A DNA stretch of 64,000 nucleotides from Macrostomum lignano (taxonomy: Eukaryota): NCBI GenBank assembly GCA_002269645.1, contig NIVC01002654.1, positions 1 to 64,000 on the forward strand, read 5' to 3'. Under the pieces are notes generated by a model, which saw only the letters and a list, made by a program, of their open reading frames with translations, searched no databases and was not told the DNA's origin. Position numbers and translations under genes: made by a program. Of the stretch, positions 24,361-37,829 are shown piece after piece. Numbering within the stretch: position 1 is the first letter of the stretch; every line of letters begins with the position of its first letter.

Positions 24361-25784
24361 GCTGCTGAGCACCTTGTGCTTCTCGTCGATAAGAATTGGG
24401 CCGAAGTCGGATGAAAGCAAACAGTACGCAGATGGAGATTAAGATTTTTCAGTCCTTAACTGACCGAACCTATTTTGAGTTGAGATTTCTCATGTGCTTA
24501 TAAAGCAGAGCAGGCCATGTGCCTTAGGTAACTGGGCAGCAGCAGGGTCGTCCTGAGGTCACGGGTACTTAGTAAACCCTCTAATTTTATTCGGCTTCTT
24601 GTGCACGTCTAATACCTTGTTTTGAGCTTCAACCTTTTACTTTGAACAGTTTGTACTCGGCTGTCGGGCCTCAGCTTGTGTCCTAAGGTTTTTTTTCAAT
24701 CAAAAAGCCACAAATATATACATGGATTTTATGCATGCACCGCGCTCCCTGTGCACAGCGATGAATTTGGACGCAAGCAGAGGTGGCGTACTTTCTTGTC
24801 TGCACACACCGACTGCTGTTTACAGGCTTTGCGGGGAGTTGCTGGATGGGTTAGACCTAGCTCCGACAGTCGGCTCTGGATTGGACCGGGTGCCGGTCTC
24901 GTCATGTGCTTTAGAGCCGATCCTCCTCCTCATCCTCCAGCTGTGTATTCTCTCACCCTAGCGACTTTCCTTCACCTACTGGCCAGCAGTAGCCCCAGCC
25001 AGCTCTCTGTGTGTGGCCTCTTGGCCGAGCCGTACTCGGTGAGGCGCCTGTACGCAAATCGCAAGACAGCTTCAGAGTCTATAGTCGCATGCAGTTGCAG
25101 GCACACATCTTGTAGAGAGGAGTCTGAGGACGCCACCCACACTGCACTGCGAGATAGACAGGATAGAGGGATAGACAGATAGATGCAGTTCTGTCTGTGC
25201 GTTCGTTGACCAAAATAAGCCACCCGCGCCGTACTTGAGCCGCCGTGAATCCAGTTCGGCTTAGTCAGAAAGTAGCCTATAGCCCGATACTAATCAGACA
25301 GTGGTGGAGCGAGCGCGTCATAGAAATGTCATAATAAATTTAATTATTAACTCCTTTCTTTGGGAGTTAAATCGCTAGCATAACGTTTTATACTGTTGCA
25401 ATTTAGCTTCCTGGCAACTTTTTTAGGCATGCGTACATGTTGTTTATTGTACAGCTCATGTAAAGTAGCGGAGTGTACAGCAACATTCTTCCAACCCCCC
25501 CCCCCACTCTACCACATCTGCCCACATTCATTGGGGGCAGATTTCCCTACTAAAGAGATATATAGAGGAGGAAAGGCAAGAAGAGAATTATAGATTTTAT
25601 TGTTAAATTTAAGAGGCAAAATATATTGTATAAAAGGCTTTCGTATTACACAGTAATTGCGTGAAATTCAAAAGGATTCAAGTAAAGTTATAGTACTATC
25701 TAGTAGCTACATGCACATGCATTAGGCATTGACAGACTGCATCAGATGTCTGCGCGCTCTCGATCCAATGCGATCTCTCCACTA

Positions 25785-26062
25785 CATCTCAGCAGCTCGC
25801 AGCTCCCCATGACATCTCAGCAGCTCCCCATGACATCTCAGCAGCTCCCCATGACATCTCAGCAGCTCCCGATGACATCTCAGCAGCTTCCCATGACATC
25901 TCAGCAGCTCCCCATGACATCTCAGCAGCTCCCCATGACATCTCAGCAGCTTCCCATGACATCTCAGCAGCTCCCCATGACATCTCAGCAGCTTCCCATG
26001 ACATCTCAGCAGCTCCCCATGACATCTCAGCAGCTTCCCATGACATCTCAGCAGCTTCCCAT
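25785..26062. repeat. 21-bp minisatellite CATCTCAGCAGCTCCCCATGA, about 13 copies
   Basis: 7-aa periodic ORF (MTSQQLP)n. Confidence 0.95.
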
Positions 26063-26799
26063 GGAGGGCCAAGTAAATTGGGCAGGGGCGCCGGGGCAGT
26101 TAAAATAGGGCGGGGGTGGCGGACTTCGCGACCAAGAGATCCGGTATTGATAAGGCGTTGAGGGCGGAATCTCAGCAGATCAAGTTTGTTATTTAAAGCA
26201 CTGACAATTCAAGACGTATTAAACTTATTTGCTCACGTGTGGAACAATGGCTCTAAATATAGCTATGAGCCAAGACCGCTGTCTCACTTTAAACACCTGA
26301 CGGCAGGAGAAACTAATTAATTCACAGTATAACAACGAAAGACCACAGAAGTACATAAGTATTTAACTATACTTGTACATGCTTCATACGCATATGTACA
26401 TGTATAAAGTGCGAATTATTTTGCGACAAGTCAAAGAATATCGATTTCTTTGTTTTTGAGGTCCAAAGCTGAGATATGCGCAACTCGAAATTTTATACGG
26501 TATACAAGCTGTTGAAACCCGCAGATTTTGAACCCGCTGCATTAGACTGCTCGTATTTTTGCAAAAATTCCTAGATTTGAAGTCATACTCAAACAAAAAC
26601 TTGTTAATAGTTAGGATAACTATTAGCAACCTCATGCCCTCTTCTATTGGCATGAGGTTTGAAAAATTGAGTCAAGTCGTGTTAAATTTAGATTTGAGGC
26701 AAGCATTGATCACGTCGGCTGGGTTGCCGCGCAGAATGAGTCTGTCTGACTCTAAAGCATGTGCTGGCGAACTCTGGCCTCTGCCTCTCTCTCCGTCCC

Positions 26800-28100
26800 T
26801 TGGGTTCTATGAAACTTCTCTCCTCTCTCCTCTCGCGTTTCTTTTCTCATCTCATCTATCATCTCGTTTTCTCTCTTCTCTCTCCTCTCTTTTCTCTCCT
26901 CTCTTCTCTTTTATCTACTCTCTTCTGTCTCCCCTCCCTCTTCTCTTCCCTTTTCTCATCTTCTCTCTCATCTCCTCTTCTTTTTTCTCTCCCCACTCTT
27001 CTCTCCTCTGTTCCTACTCCTCTCTCCTCTCTCGTATCCCCCCTCTCATCTCTACAATCAATTTTTCTCTCTCTTCTCTCTTTTCTCCTCTATTTTCTAT
27101 CCTCTCTCTAGTATCGATCATCTCTGCTCTCTCTCCTCTTCTCTCCTCTCTTCTCTTCTCTTCTCTTCCTCTCCCCTATGTCTCTTGTCTCTACTCTCTC
27201 CTCTCTTTCCCCTCTCCCCTCTCTCTCCTCTGCTCTCGCTTCTCTCTCCTCTCCTCTCCTCTCTCTCCTCACTCCCGTCTTCTCTCCTTCTATCTTATAT
27301 CCTTTCTCTCATCCTCTCTCTCGCCTCTTCTCTGTTTTCTAATCGTTGTCCTTTCCACTCTCATCTGGCCCGCAGCCATTAGTTGGATTATTTACCTGGC
27401 CCTTCCAAAGCCAGTTTGTGGGACGTAGTACTCTCATGGTGTTTCATTCCGTCGGCCGTTTGCTGACTGCTTTGCTCTCATATCTCCTCTTTTTTCTGCT
27501 TCGTCCTCTCTTCCCTCCCCTCTCGTCTCTCCCCTCTTCTCTCTCCTCTCTGCTCTATGCTCTCTCATTTCTACTCTCTTCCCTTCTCTTCTCTGTTGGT
27601 CCTCTTCTCTACCTTCCTCTCTCTCCCTTCTCCCCTCTCCTCTCGCTTCTCCCCTCCCCTCCTCTTTCCTTCTCCAGTCTCCCCTCTTCTCTCTCTCCCC
27701 TCTCTTCTTCTCTCGCTTCTTTTTCCCCTCTTATCTCTCTCTTCTCGATCTCTAATCTTCCCTCCTCTTTCCTTCTCCTCGCTTCTCTCTTACCTCACTC
27801 CCCCTCTCCTCTTCTCTCTACTCTCTCTCCCCCCTTTTCCCCTCTTCTGTCTCCCTCCTCTCTCCCCTCCTCTTTCCTTCTCCTCGCTCCTCTCTTCTCT
27901 CCTTTACTCTGCAATCTCTTCTCTCATCCTATCTCTCGCCTCTTCTCTCTTCTCTAATCTTCTATTCCTTCTCCTTTCCACTCTCATCTGGCCATGAGGT
28001 AAAGTCTGCCGCTTTGAAGGTCAGCTTGTGGGACACAGTTCTCTCATGGACTGCAGTCATGCTTGTTTCTTTCCGTCGGCCGTTTGCTGACTTCATCGAT
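26800..28100. repeat. Two polypyrimidine (CT-rich) tracts, each followed by a related unique segment
   Basis: CCTATCTCTCGCCTCTTCTC...TCTCATCTGGCC...TTCCGTCGGCCGTTTGCTGACT recurs at about 27310-27470 and 27930-28095. Confidence 0.7.
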
Positions 28101-28704
28101 CACGTCATCTTTTTGGCCAATGTGCAGCCCTGGGAGGGGTTTGTGTATCCCCACCAAAGAACTACGCATTAATTTGGAGGCATTTAAATTTAAAAGTGCC
28201 TTTAATAAGTAAAACTTAAAATGTTAAAATTTCCATGGTGTGATTAATTTTATAGGATTAATTGTATTGCATAGCATCGCTTTCTCATAAATCTTTCGCT
28301 TTTCAGAAGATTTACAAACCATACCATGCCGCATTGCCTTGATTTGCCAGCTACTGCTAAACTGCTGCAGGGTTGCCTATACAGAGGGCAGTGGTTAGAA
28401 TTCCTCACTAAACTGTCATGGCTAAGTTAGCCTCTCCACGAAGGTGCAGAGAAGGCTATAAATATAGGTATTCCAAACCTATTCGGAAAACTATTCCAAA
28501 TTATTTGCTATGTACACTGGAGCTCTATCGCCTGACCCTTGGTCTGGGAAATGAGTTGGCTGAGCGGCACAAACACCAGAAAAACTGCTATACTGCCCGG
28601 CACTGCTACTCACTGTCTGTGCTCTTTCGATGAGTAAATTCAAGGCATTTCTAAACTCGATTTTTGAACTGTCTATCCAACGGGACACAGAAAGCAAAGA
28701 AAAA

Positions 28705-28962
28705 ACACATAACAAACACAGAACCACGTGCGTGACGATTGACGGTCGAAGCAATTGAGCCTCCCACCATTGGTTAGGAGATGCGTTTGTGTGCGTACAG
28801 GAAAATTCTGCATTATAGTCGGCATTTTTGTTTCCATCGATAGCTCGACTGCAAACTGCCGACATATACACTGAGCGCTGGCTGCAGTTGGGGATGGAAA
28901 GCTGCCGTACTGTCCAGTCTGAAATAAGTGATATTCCGGGATAGTTAAAAATCGTCATGACC
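28705..28962 (-). CDS. F-type lectin (fucolectin/FTP) domain exon, probably the same gene as the PAN exon; 3' boundary uncertain
   Basis: SRAIDGNKNADYNAEFSCTHTNASPNQWWEAQL...VTHVVL matches the FTP consensus; TTTTCAG acceptor at 28963. Phase does not match exon 1 directly. Confidence 0.65.
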
Positions 28963-29937
28963 TGAAAATCTACTAGCTACTACTTCCAGCAGCATATAAT
29001 CTACCAGAAATGGGCAAAAATATTCATGAGCATTTTTCTGCCCCGAAATGCCTCATCGTGTTGCCATCATGACACACTCCATATCTGACCCTGGCTGAGG
29101 TTGGGCGATGCTATGGGGGAACGGTACCGCATTGTAGGGTAGCTGTGCACGACGAGGTTAATAAAGCTAAACCTGGTCATCCATCGGCCTTGCTATTAAT
29201 TTATCTTAATTAATTCTTATTTCTGTTTCGCATTGAAATGAAGTTGATAGAACTCATTCTATTGAAGCAGATGCAAAAATAGCCCAGTAAAGCTTGTACA
29301 TAATTAATAAAGATAACTTTGAGCTCTCTCAGAGACGGATGGATTAATAAATGCATATTCCAGCCAATTAATTGCAGCCAGGGGAGCCAATGAGAACAGA
29401 AGCGCTAAATGTTTTTTGCGAGGGGGCGCCATCATGTTGGCCATGCAGTCTATTGGCAGCCACGGTCCCCCTATACCCCTAGCTGGCTATGATGCAGACA
29501 AGATAGAGATAGATCAGTTTTTCTATGTCAGATTGTCGTTGGAGCGTTACCAAAGGGAGACAGAGGGACATACGCACATGCATGTACATATACCATCCTA
29601 TTCGTGCTGCATCTGAAGCTAAAACGCTCGTAAAATTGATTTCCTTTACCGAGGAAAAATAGCTACACTGTAACACAGAGACAGATCTTAAAGCTCAGAC
29701 CCCCTTGCTGAAAAGACACTAATAGCTATACAAGTACTTTTATGCACAATAGGAGTTATGAAAATTGAGCCCCTTGCTTGCCCATTTTAATTTCCTTTTA
29801 AGGACCATCCTAAAGTTTCCTTTTTAGGGACAACCTTTGATGATTATTATACGATGCAATGTACCATATGCGACCGATCCAAGTACCTCTGGCAACCATA
29901 CAGGTTTTAAGAGGCACAAGCTTAGATTGATACTTAC

Positions 29938-30247
29938 CGACATCAATCACAAAGATTTCAAATTGCTGCTCCGACGCGGCGGCTGTCCAGGAGCTCTTCC
30001 AGTAGAAGGCGGTCGCGTTGAACAGTCCACAGGTTTCCGTCTTGTCCTGCACCGAGTAGAATCCGAAGCACTCGGCTATTTCTGAGCACAGCTGAGAACA
30101 GTGACGCTGGTTGAAGCTTTGCGCTACTTCAAACGCGACTGGGTGAGTTCCATTGATTGCGGCACTGAGCTGCAGCTCGAGTCTGGCCGCGCTGCTCACC
30201 AGAGCAGAAGACAGCAGTGTCGATAGGAAGTTAAGAAACCAGTTCAT
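29938..30247 (-). CDS. Secreted protein exon 1: signal peptide and PAN/apple domain
   Basis: MNWFLNFLSTLLSSALVSSAA signal; CSQLCSEIAECFGFY...CGLF is PAN spacing; GTAAGT donor, phase 1. Confidence 0.7.
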
Positions 30248-33200
30248 TACTAGGTTACAAATAGAAGTTTGAGGCTGAGCCTTATATTGACTTGCGGATG
30301 ACAGCGAATTATTCTGTTTTCCAGTTTATTGCATGCAGACATGTATATTAGACAACAGTTTTGGAATATTCGCAAGTCTCTTTTCGTTACCATGGAAACG
30401 GAGGACTTCCTTCCCACTGCTATTTTATTGGTCCACGCGCGGTGACCAACCAAGTGTATTTTTCTCTGACTTGCTGAGCCTTTCTTCCCGTTCCGTACTG
30501 CACATGCGTCACGGAGTTGTACTGACATTGTACATGTGTTGTGAAACTGGCGCTTATGGCTACATGTACGGTAGGTTTCAGATACAATTAAACTCAGCAG
30601 ATTCGCACGCTTCAGCTCGTCTGTCTTGATGCCTGGAGCAATCAATGCTTTCTTGAACCTTCGAAATAAGGCTCCCACTATTCTGGGTGTGCCATGCATG
30701 GTTGAAGGCTTCGATAGTTTTAGACATCCTCGTCGCCAATGTTGAGTCTGAGGGATCTGATGTTTTATTTGATGGCAAGATGCCCAAAACAATAATTATG
30801 ACTACGCTTGAAGTGTTTGGTGCCATGCAGACTTCAGGCTCGGCAATGACAAAGTAAAGCTTACTTGTACCCGCGAGAAGCATGCAGACACCAATAAGGT
30901 ATAGGTATACGCAGGCGCGTAGCCACCCGGGGGGACAGGGGCACATGTCCCCCCCCATTAAAAGTTGTAGGGGCCCCTATCCCAGCTTGTGACCCGTTGT
31001 GGTAATCAATCATTATTCGTCAGGGCGCCAAAATATAGCGCCTGCGGCGCCAAAATGAGTGCCTGCGGCGCCAAAATAAGTGCCTGCATTTTGAGTGCAA
31101 AGTTTACGTTGAGTAAAAAAACCTTTCTGTGAGCTGCACTGATTGCCATTTGGAGTAGACAATTATTGATCTAAGTGCTTCGTAAATTTTTACCGTTTCG
31201 ACAAAAGTTAAACCTTTTTTTAGAAAAGTGTTAGATTTTGTTTGATTTGTCCAGTTCTCTTTCAGAAAGGATTTTAACATGTTGTTAATTCGTTACTATT
31301 ATTGCCCCAATAATCTTCATTGTTCCCGCGATATCTTTTCCATACTTTCTATCTCACAGCATTTTCTTCACTTTTAAAACGTCGGATGAATGAAACGTGT
31401 AACTGTGATATTTCCCATCCTTTCAATTATGCTGCACTGTGCTTTGGCAATTGCCGTTTCGAGTAGATATAGCGAACTATAAGTAATGTACAGATGTACA
31501 TTGTACATGCAAGTAATAAAATGATGAGAAAATAAACTTCAAACATGTGCAGGTGGGTCTGCAGTTTAATCGTCTGTGGTGTTAGTCTGTTAACTAAGCT
31601 GGAAACAAGCGACAACAAAGTATGCGACCTTCAGAAGTAAAGTCAGGGTGTCAGATAGTAGCGTGTCGTCGCCCTTTCCCCATTAGCAAATTTTTAGAAT
31701 TATAGAGCAACACATCATGCTAAAATCTTTAAAACGCATGTACTAGAAAAATATGGTGGTCACCCTCAGGGCCTCAGAGGAATAGGAGGGTACGGTTCAC
31801 CCCCGGCCCAAGGGGGTGGGAGGGTGGTCAACAGGAGGCTATAGCCCCCCTCCTGCTCCTGCCTCCATTGCCACTGGGAGCTGGCCTGTTTTAGAAAAAA
31901 ATGTGGTACCGTTGGTTCAAACGTAAAAAGTTAGTTTTTTAAAGATTTAAAGAAAGCTACAATTTTTGTAGCTTTTATAATTATTACATTCCATCCCGTA
32001 AGCAACGAAATAACTCTTTCTAAGAAAAAGATAAAACTTTCAAAACATTCACAGAGGTTTTCGTATTCTAATTTCGTAATGTGATGATCAAGGCAAGTGG
32101 ACTTACTACTACTTTTCACTTCACTTCGGCAGTTATTAATATAATCCGGTAGTATTCAATCAAATAAACACACAACTTCCTAATTAATAAGCCTACCTAT
32201 TTGGATAGTTTGTAATTGTATAATTAAATTAGCTTTGCCTTTGGCTTGGCAGCACAACCTTACATTGGTGTTTGTTGGTGCTAGTGCTATAATGATATAG
32301 GCCCCCTGGCCTAGGCCTAGTCATTTTTTCTACAATCTACATGTATGTAATAATGTATAAGCATTCTAATAGATATACTTTATATAATATAGACTTAAAA
32401 TGATTGTCTAGTAGACCTAACTAGGGCCTATGGCACCTGGTAAAATTTAGAATCCGTAGCGGAATTGGAGTGGAATAGCTCAGTAAAGTGCTGAATCTGC
32501 AGTGGAATGGTAAAATGCAGAATGAGCAACAGAATCCAGTAACTTTAACTAAAATGCAAATGCAAAGTAGTTGAAGTGCATTATGATATATTAGGCCTAT
32601 ATAATCTTATAACAATAAAGCTTTCAAAATTTTACCGAACTTACAAACTACTAGAGAGAGAATTATGATAATAATTTTCAACACTCATCAGCCATATTAT
32701 TCATGAGAGAACCTATATTACTACTTTGTGTAAAGTCCAATACTCAATAGATGCTGCTATATCTAGTTCAGTTTGCCTCAATATAGAATCATATTAAAAT
32801 TTCTTTATATAGGTCCCCTATTTTTTTATACAGTTACATTGCTATAGGCAAAGATATATATTTAATATTTCATTTTTTGATTCTTATATTTTGCATTTTA
32901 CTTCAAGTTAGTAGGCCTAGATTTTGCATTATCATTCCACTGCAAATTCTGCATTTAACTTGTAACAGGCCTTTTGGCTCCCTATGAGAATCCCACTAAA
33001 TGCCACCAAAAGCTGTCCCAGGGCTCTTATTTATTCCTTTGTTTAGCCTTAGGCCTACTTGCTGCCACCAAGCTGTTGGGGTTATTCCTTCATGTTAATA
33101 TTGCTGGTTATTACTTGCCTTTTACTTGTAGCGCATGTACTTCTATTGGTAGCGTCTGTACTTCTATTGGTAGCGTATGTACTTTTATTGTACTTTCTGG

Positions 33201-36119
33201 CCTAAGTGGTCTATTGGCACTGTCTATTCTATTCCTATATTCCCTTTTTAAAATATTATTCTCCTAGTCCTGGTGTTCCCGGGATCAGAGGGTCACAGCT
33301 CTATGCGTTTTCCCTGCCCTGAGGCGATCTTTCCTTTGCTCTGAGGCGGTTCTCCTGCCCTGAGGCGAATTTATTATTACTGCCCTGAGGCGATCTTTCG
33401 CTGTTAGCGATCTTCTCCCAATTCGGGGGTAATACTTATAAAAATGAACAATCCAAATAAGAATGCTTAAAGATTTCTTATTGAATGAACTTATTGCTTC
33501 AATATTATTCGAGCAAGCGAATGAAGCGCGCAAGTTGCTCTTCTGGCCCCATCTGGGCTCCTATTTATATCATTTCGTATATATATATTTAAAAAAAACT
33601 TTGATTTTCTACAATATTATTTGCGCACACAACGTTAAAACAAAAATATTACTATTTGGCGGAAATTTGAATGTGGTAATTTCTAAGAAAGCAATTGTTC
33701 GTGTAAGCTAAAAATTAAGTCATATTTCATACTGTAAAGCAGATATATTACACTGCCTCAAACTGTATTATTCATTCCATATGCACTATATTATATACTA
33801 TTCCATATACTATTCCATTTTATTATACAAATCTATTATAGATTCTGCGTTTTACTAGGTACTCCTAACCATACTGTAGGCCCTAATAAGGAGGCTATTT
33901 TTTGAAACCATAATTGACCTTTTTCAATCATTTTTAATTTTAGCAAATTTAAGAAAAACTGTTCAACTATTTATTATTCAGTTGAAAAAAAAATTCTAAT
34001 TTTTTAGTTTAGGGCCTATGCAAGAAAAATTGATATTAGCTTATTATAGGTTGGACAAGATTGAAATCATCAGGTGAGATTAGGATCTGGAATAATTTTT
34101 TTTCTTGGGATTGGGATTGGGATCCAAGAATCAGGATCAGGTCTTTAAAATATACTATAGTTTGTATATTTCTAGGCCTATGTTCATATAGAAATATAGA
34201 GAATTAAGAAAATATATACAATATAACATAAATGAAAAATATTAGGGCCTAGCTATTAAAGTTGTTACTGATAACTGATAACAATGTAATGAGTACAATT
34301 AAAACAAAATGCATTGAGGCCATCATCAATTCCACAAATTTTAAATCAAACAACTATTCCCAATTCCTTTTTTTAGGGTTGGGATCCTGATCCCATAGGA
34401 ATCCAATTTTCTTTAGAATCCTTAGAGGGATTGGGATCCTGTTTGACCTCTATAGGCCTAGCTTATATTGACATGAAAATTGTTTAGGCCTAGCAAAAAT
34501 CTTATTAGACTCTAGACTCTGGATAAGTATACATATATGCCAGAATTTTCTAGTGTACAAAGAGATCTGGTATACACTATTAGCATACAAATTGGCATAT
34601 AGGGAGGCCTTGTATACCCCTTAATTTATAGCTTGGCATAAAAAGATTGCTGAGATAGCAAGTAAGAACCAAATTTCCGAGTCCCAAACAATATACAAGT
34701 ACAAAGTTAGCATAAAAATGATTAAGTTCAAATTTGGCATAGTCTGCATGTATATAATTAAATTAAGCTTAGTTAAATTTTTATCAAAAAGAATAGCTCC
34801 TGGCCCTTCCAAAAATTAATAAAAAATTAAATTAAAAAATCATATTTAACTTTTCTAATTCAAAAGTAAAACAAAAATAATTAGTATGGGCCTAGTAAAA
34901 AATTTACTAAGCATTTAGTAATTTACAAAATGCTAAATGCTAAATTTACTAAGCATTGTATTTTTGTATGCTATAAAAGTTCATTGGCATACATGAGGTA
35001 AGGAAGCAATTTTTGTTCCAACATACACTGGTATACAATCCTGATCCTAGATTAGACTAAAGACTTCAGTGAGGATCCTATGACTTGCCAATATAAAGCC
35101 CCAACAAAATATATAATAGGCAAAAGGCCTGTCAACTTAAGCTTATAAAGTAGAGCCCAAGTAAGGACTATTATATAAACTTAAGCTTATAATCATAAGT
35201 GGAGTCTTTAATTATCCCTTTGCTTGTTTTCTCCTATCCTAATTCCTAGGTCTATCTTTCTCACTTTTTTGCCAAATCTAGCTTCTTAGTGTGAGTATGA
35301 ATAAAATGAAATATCATTTGTGTATATAGATTACTTGAGCTCCACTTTATAAGCCTATTGCAAAAGGTATTAGTATGTATAACACTAAACAATCCTTTAA
35401 AGTTAACTTTACTAAAGTTAATTAAAGAATTAGACAATAAATTAGGTTTTCTAATAATATATGGAAATATTTTGTTTTTCTAATTATTTCATTTTTTCAA
35501 ATGATGATGGTTTCATTTTTGCAGCAATTATTTGTTGTGTCTACTGCTTGTTGCATTGGTTATATGCTTGTTAATCATGCAATTTTGAGTGGTGTACAAT
35601 TTACTAGAACATTTAATTGGTATAATGTGCTGGTGTACACTTTATTAGATGGCCAAATACTTTTTGGCAATAATCTAACATAATCCGCAGTATAGTATAT
35701 AAGCTAAGTTGATAGGCCTGTTTTAGACTTTTAAAAATTAGTTTTTTATAAATTAATAACTTTGGAATACAATTAATAATTGAATTATATAGAAGCAAAA
35801 TAAATAAACAGAAAGAAGAGAAAAGGCCTATTTTGTCCTAGAGAATTTCTTTATATATATTTAATTACTAATTAATTATAATACCAAGGATTATTGAACT
35901 TGATAAGCCAAGGATTATTGCACTTGGTAAGCCAAGGATTATTGCACTAGCTGAGACATTGATTTTTGCACTTGATAAGTAAAGGATTATTGCACTAGAT
36001 GAGAAGACAATTATTACATTGGCTAAGACATGGATTATTGCATTACCCAAGAAAGCAATTTTTGCATTAGTGGAAGAAATATATCTATGTATAATATGGG
36101 ATTCTTTTTATCTAGGTAT

Positions 36120-36365
36120 GCTTGGTATCTGCAGGATGCTTGCTATCTGGGGGATACTTGCTATCTGGAGGATGCTTGCTATCTGGGGGATGCTTGCTAT
36201 CTGGGGGATACTTGCTATCTGGGGGATGCTTGCTATCTGGGGAATGCTTGCTATCTGGGAGATGCTTGCTATCTAGGTAGATTCTTGCTATTAGGGGATG
36301 TTTGCTATCTGCAGTTCCTTACTCTTGAAAGGGGATTCTTGCTATCTGGGGGGATGCTTGCTATC
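36120..36365. repeat. 18-bp minisatellite GGGGATGCTTGCTATCTG
   Basis: 6-aa periodic ORFs. Confidence 0.9.
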
Positions 36366-36392
36366 TTGGGATGTTTTCTATTTAGGGGGAAT

Positions 36393-37257
36393 TAGAGCTC
36401 GAACAGGATCCCAATCTCGAATTCTCGGGATCCCGAAGATTTTTTGGGAATTCGGGATCGGGATCCCGAAGGCTTAGAGAACTCGGGATTCGGGAGCACA
36501 ATAGATTAATAATGAAGATGGTGCTTTCAACAATCAAGAGCAGTAATCAATACTAAGCTAATTTTTGTAACAGCAACTATAAATATGTTGAAAGTCTGAC
36601 CTTGAATTCACCAAATAAAGCAGCAGATTTTTACTTAGTAACAGATTTGTAAAGAGTTGTACTTGTAAATAACAAACTAACGAGTAATGATAGTTTGTTA
36701 GGAATAAACAAATTTAATGCTTGTTCCTACGATTCGTACGACAGAAACTAAAGTGTCTGTAGAAGTGTCTGAATAAGTGTCGGCGAATGTTTAATACATT
36801 TTTCATGAAGCGATTCCAGAAACAGAATTTTACAAGAAAAAGCAGTATAACTAACGCAATTCAATATTACATTAATGCAGAACAGTAGCCTTTCGTGCGA
36901 TTTTTAGCCACCTTGTAACTCTTACTTTCAGAAAAAGTCTACAATGGCTCTTGATTCCTTTTTATTTAGGTGCTCGAAAGTTAGCTATACTTTGCAAAAA
37001 GGGTCTGGATCAAGAATTGACAATTAGTATTGACTATTAGGGCATTAGGCTAGAGCTATTAGATCAACCATCAAGGCTGAATAGCATAGATAGTCAGATA
37101 AAACTATCCTTGAATCCTTGATTCATTAGTTAGTAAGTAATATATTCCCAGATCCCGGATTCCCAAATCCCGAATACTAATCCCAAATCCCGATCCCGAA
37201 ATTATTTTCAATCCCATCCCGCCCGATCCCAAAAATTCTGCTCCCGTTCGAGCTCTA
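36393..37257. mobile_element. hAT-type MITE, 865 bp
   Basis: TIR TAGAGCTCGAAC(A/G)GGA; subterminal GGGATC/GATCCC repeats; 8-bp TSD GGGGGAAT at 36385-36392 and 37258-37265. Confidence 0.9.
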
Positions 37258-37829
37258 GGGGGAATGTCTGTTATCTTTGTGAGACTTTATTTTGTTGTCT
37301 TTGTTAAATTTAGAAGAAAAGAAGAAATTTATAGCAAACATCTTTCTCTGTGACAAAATGACTTAAAAAGGTGATTTTTAAAACTGAAGAAGGAATCAGT
37401 AGAAAATGTGCTTTCTTCATTGTTTTTTATAAATAATTTTACTCCTTACTTACTGGGCACCCCAAAGGGGGCACTAAATTGCTAGTTGTAGGCACTAGGG
37501 CTAAGTTAGATTAGGACAGGCAAAGATCATTGGTTTGACTCTGCATTTTGGTAGGATAAAATGTCTTTATTTAATGAATTTGCTCAAGTGCATGTAAAAC
37601 ATATTATTTTGCATTTCAAATGGACAAAGATTGTGAAAAATGAGAATAGCAAAATAGTTTGCTGATTATTATTAACATACTACTGGTATTGAAAGAATAC
37701 CTGATGGCTAATTGTAATAATACTAGGCTAATATCAGGCTAATTGGGATAACATATTTTCTGGTAAAGTGGCTCGCTTGATGAAGAGTAGATAAATGAAG
37801 GTAAATATCAACATGAAGTTAGTTATTTA

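Noticed and set aside
30912-31100. hAT-like end CAGGCGCGTAGCCACC with subterminal repeats
   Set aside because: No matching opposite TIR or TSD was located, so element boundaries cannot be supported.
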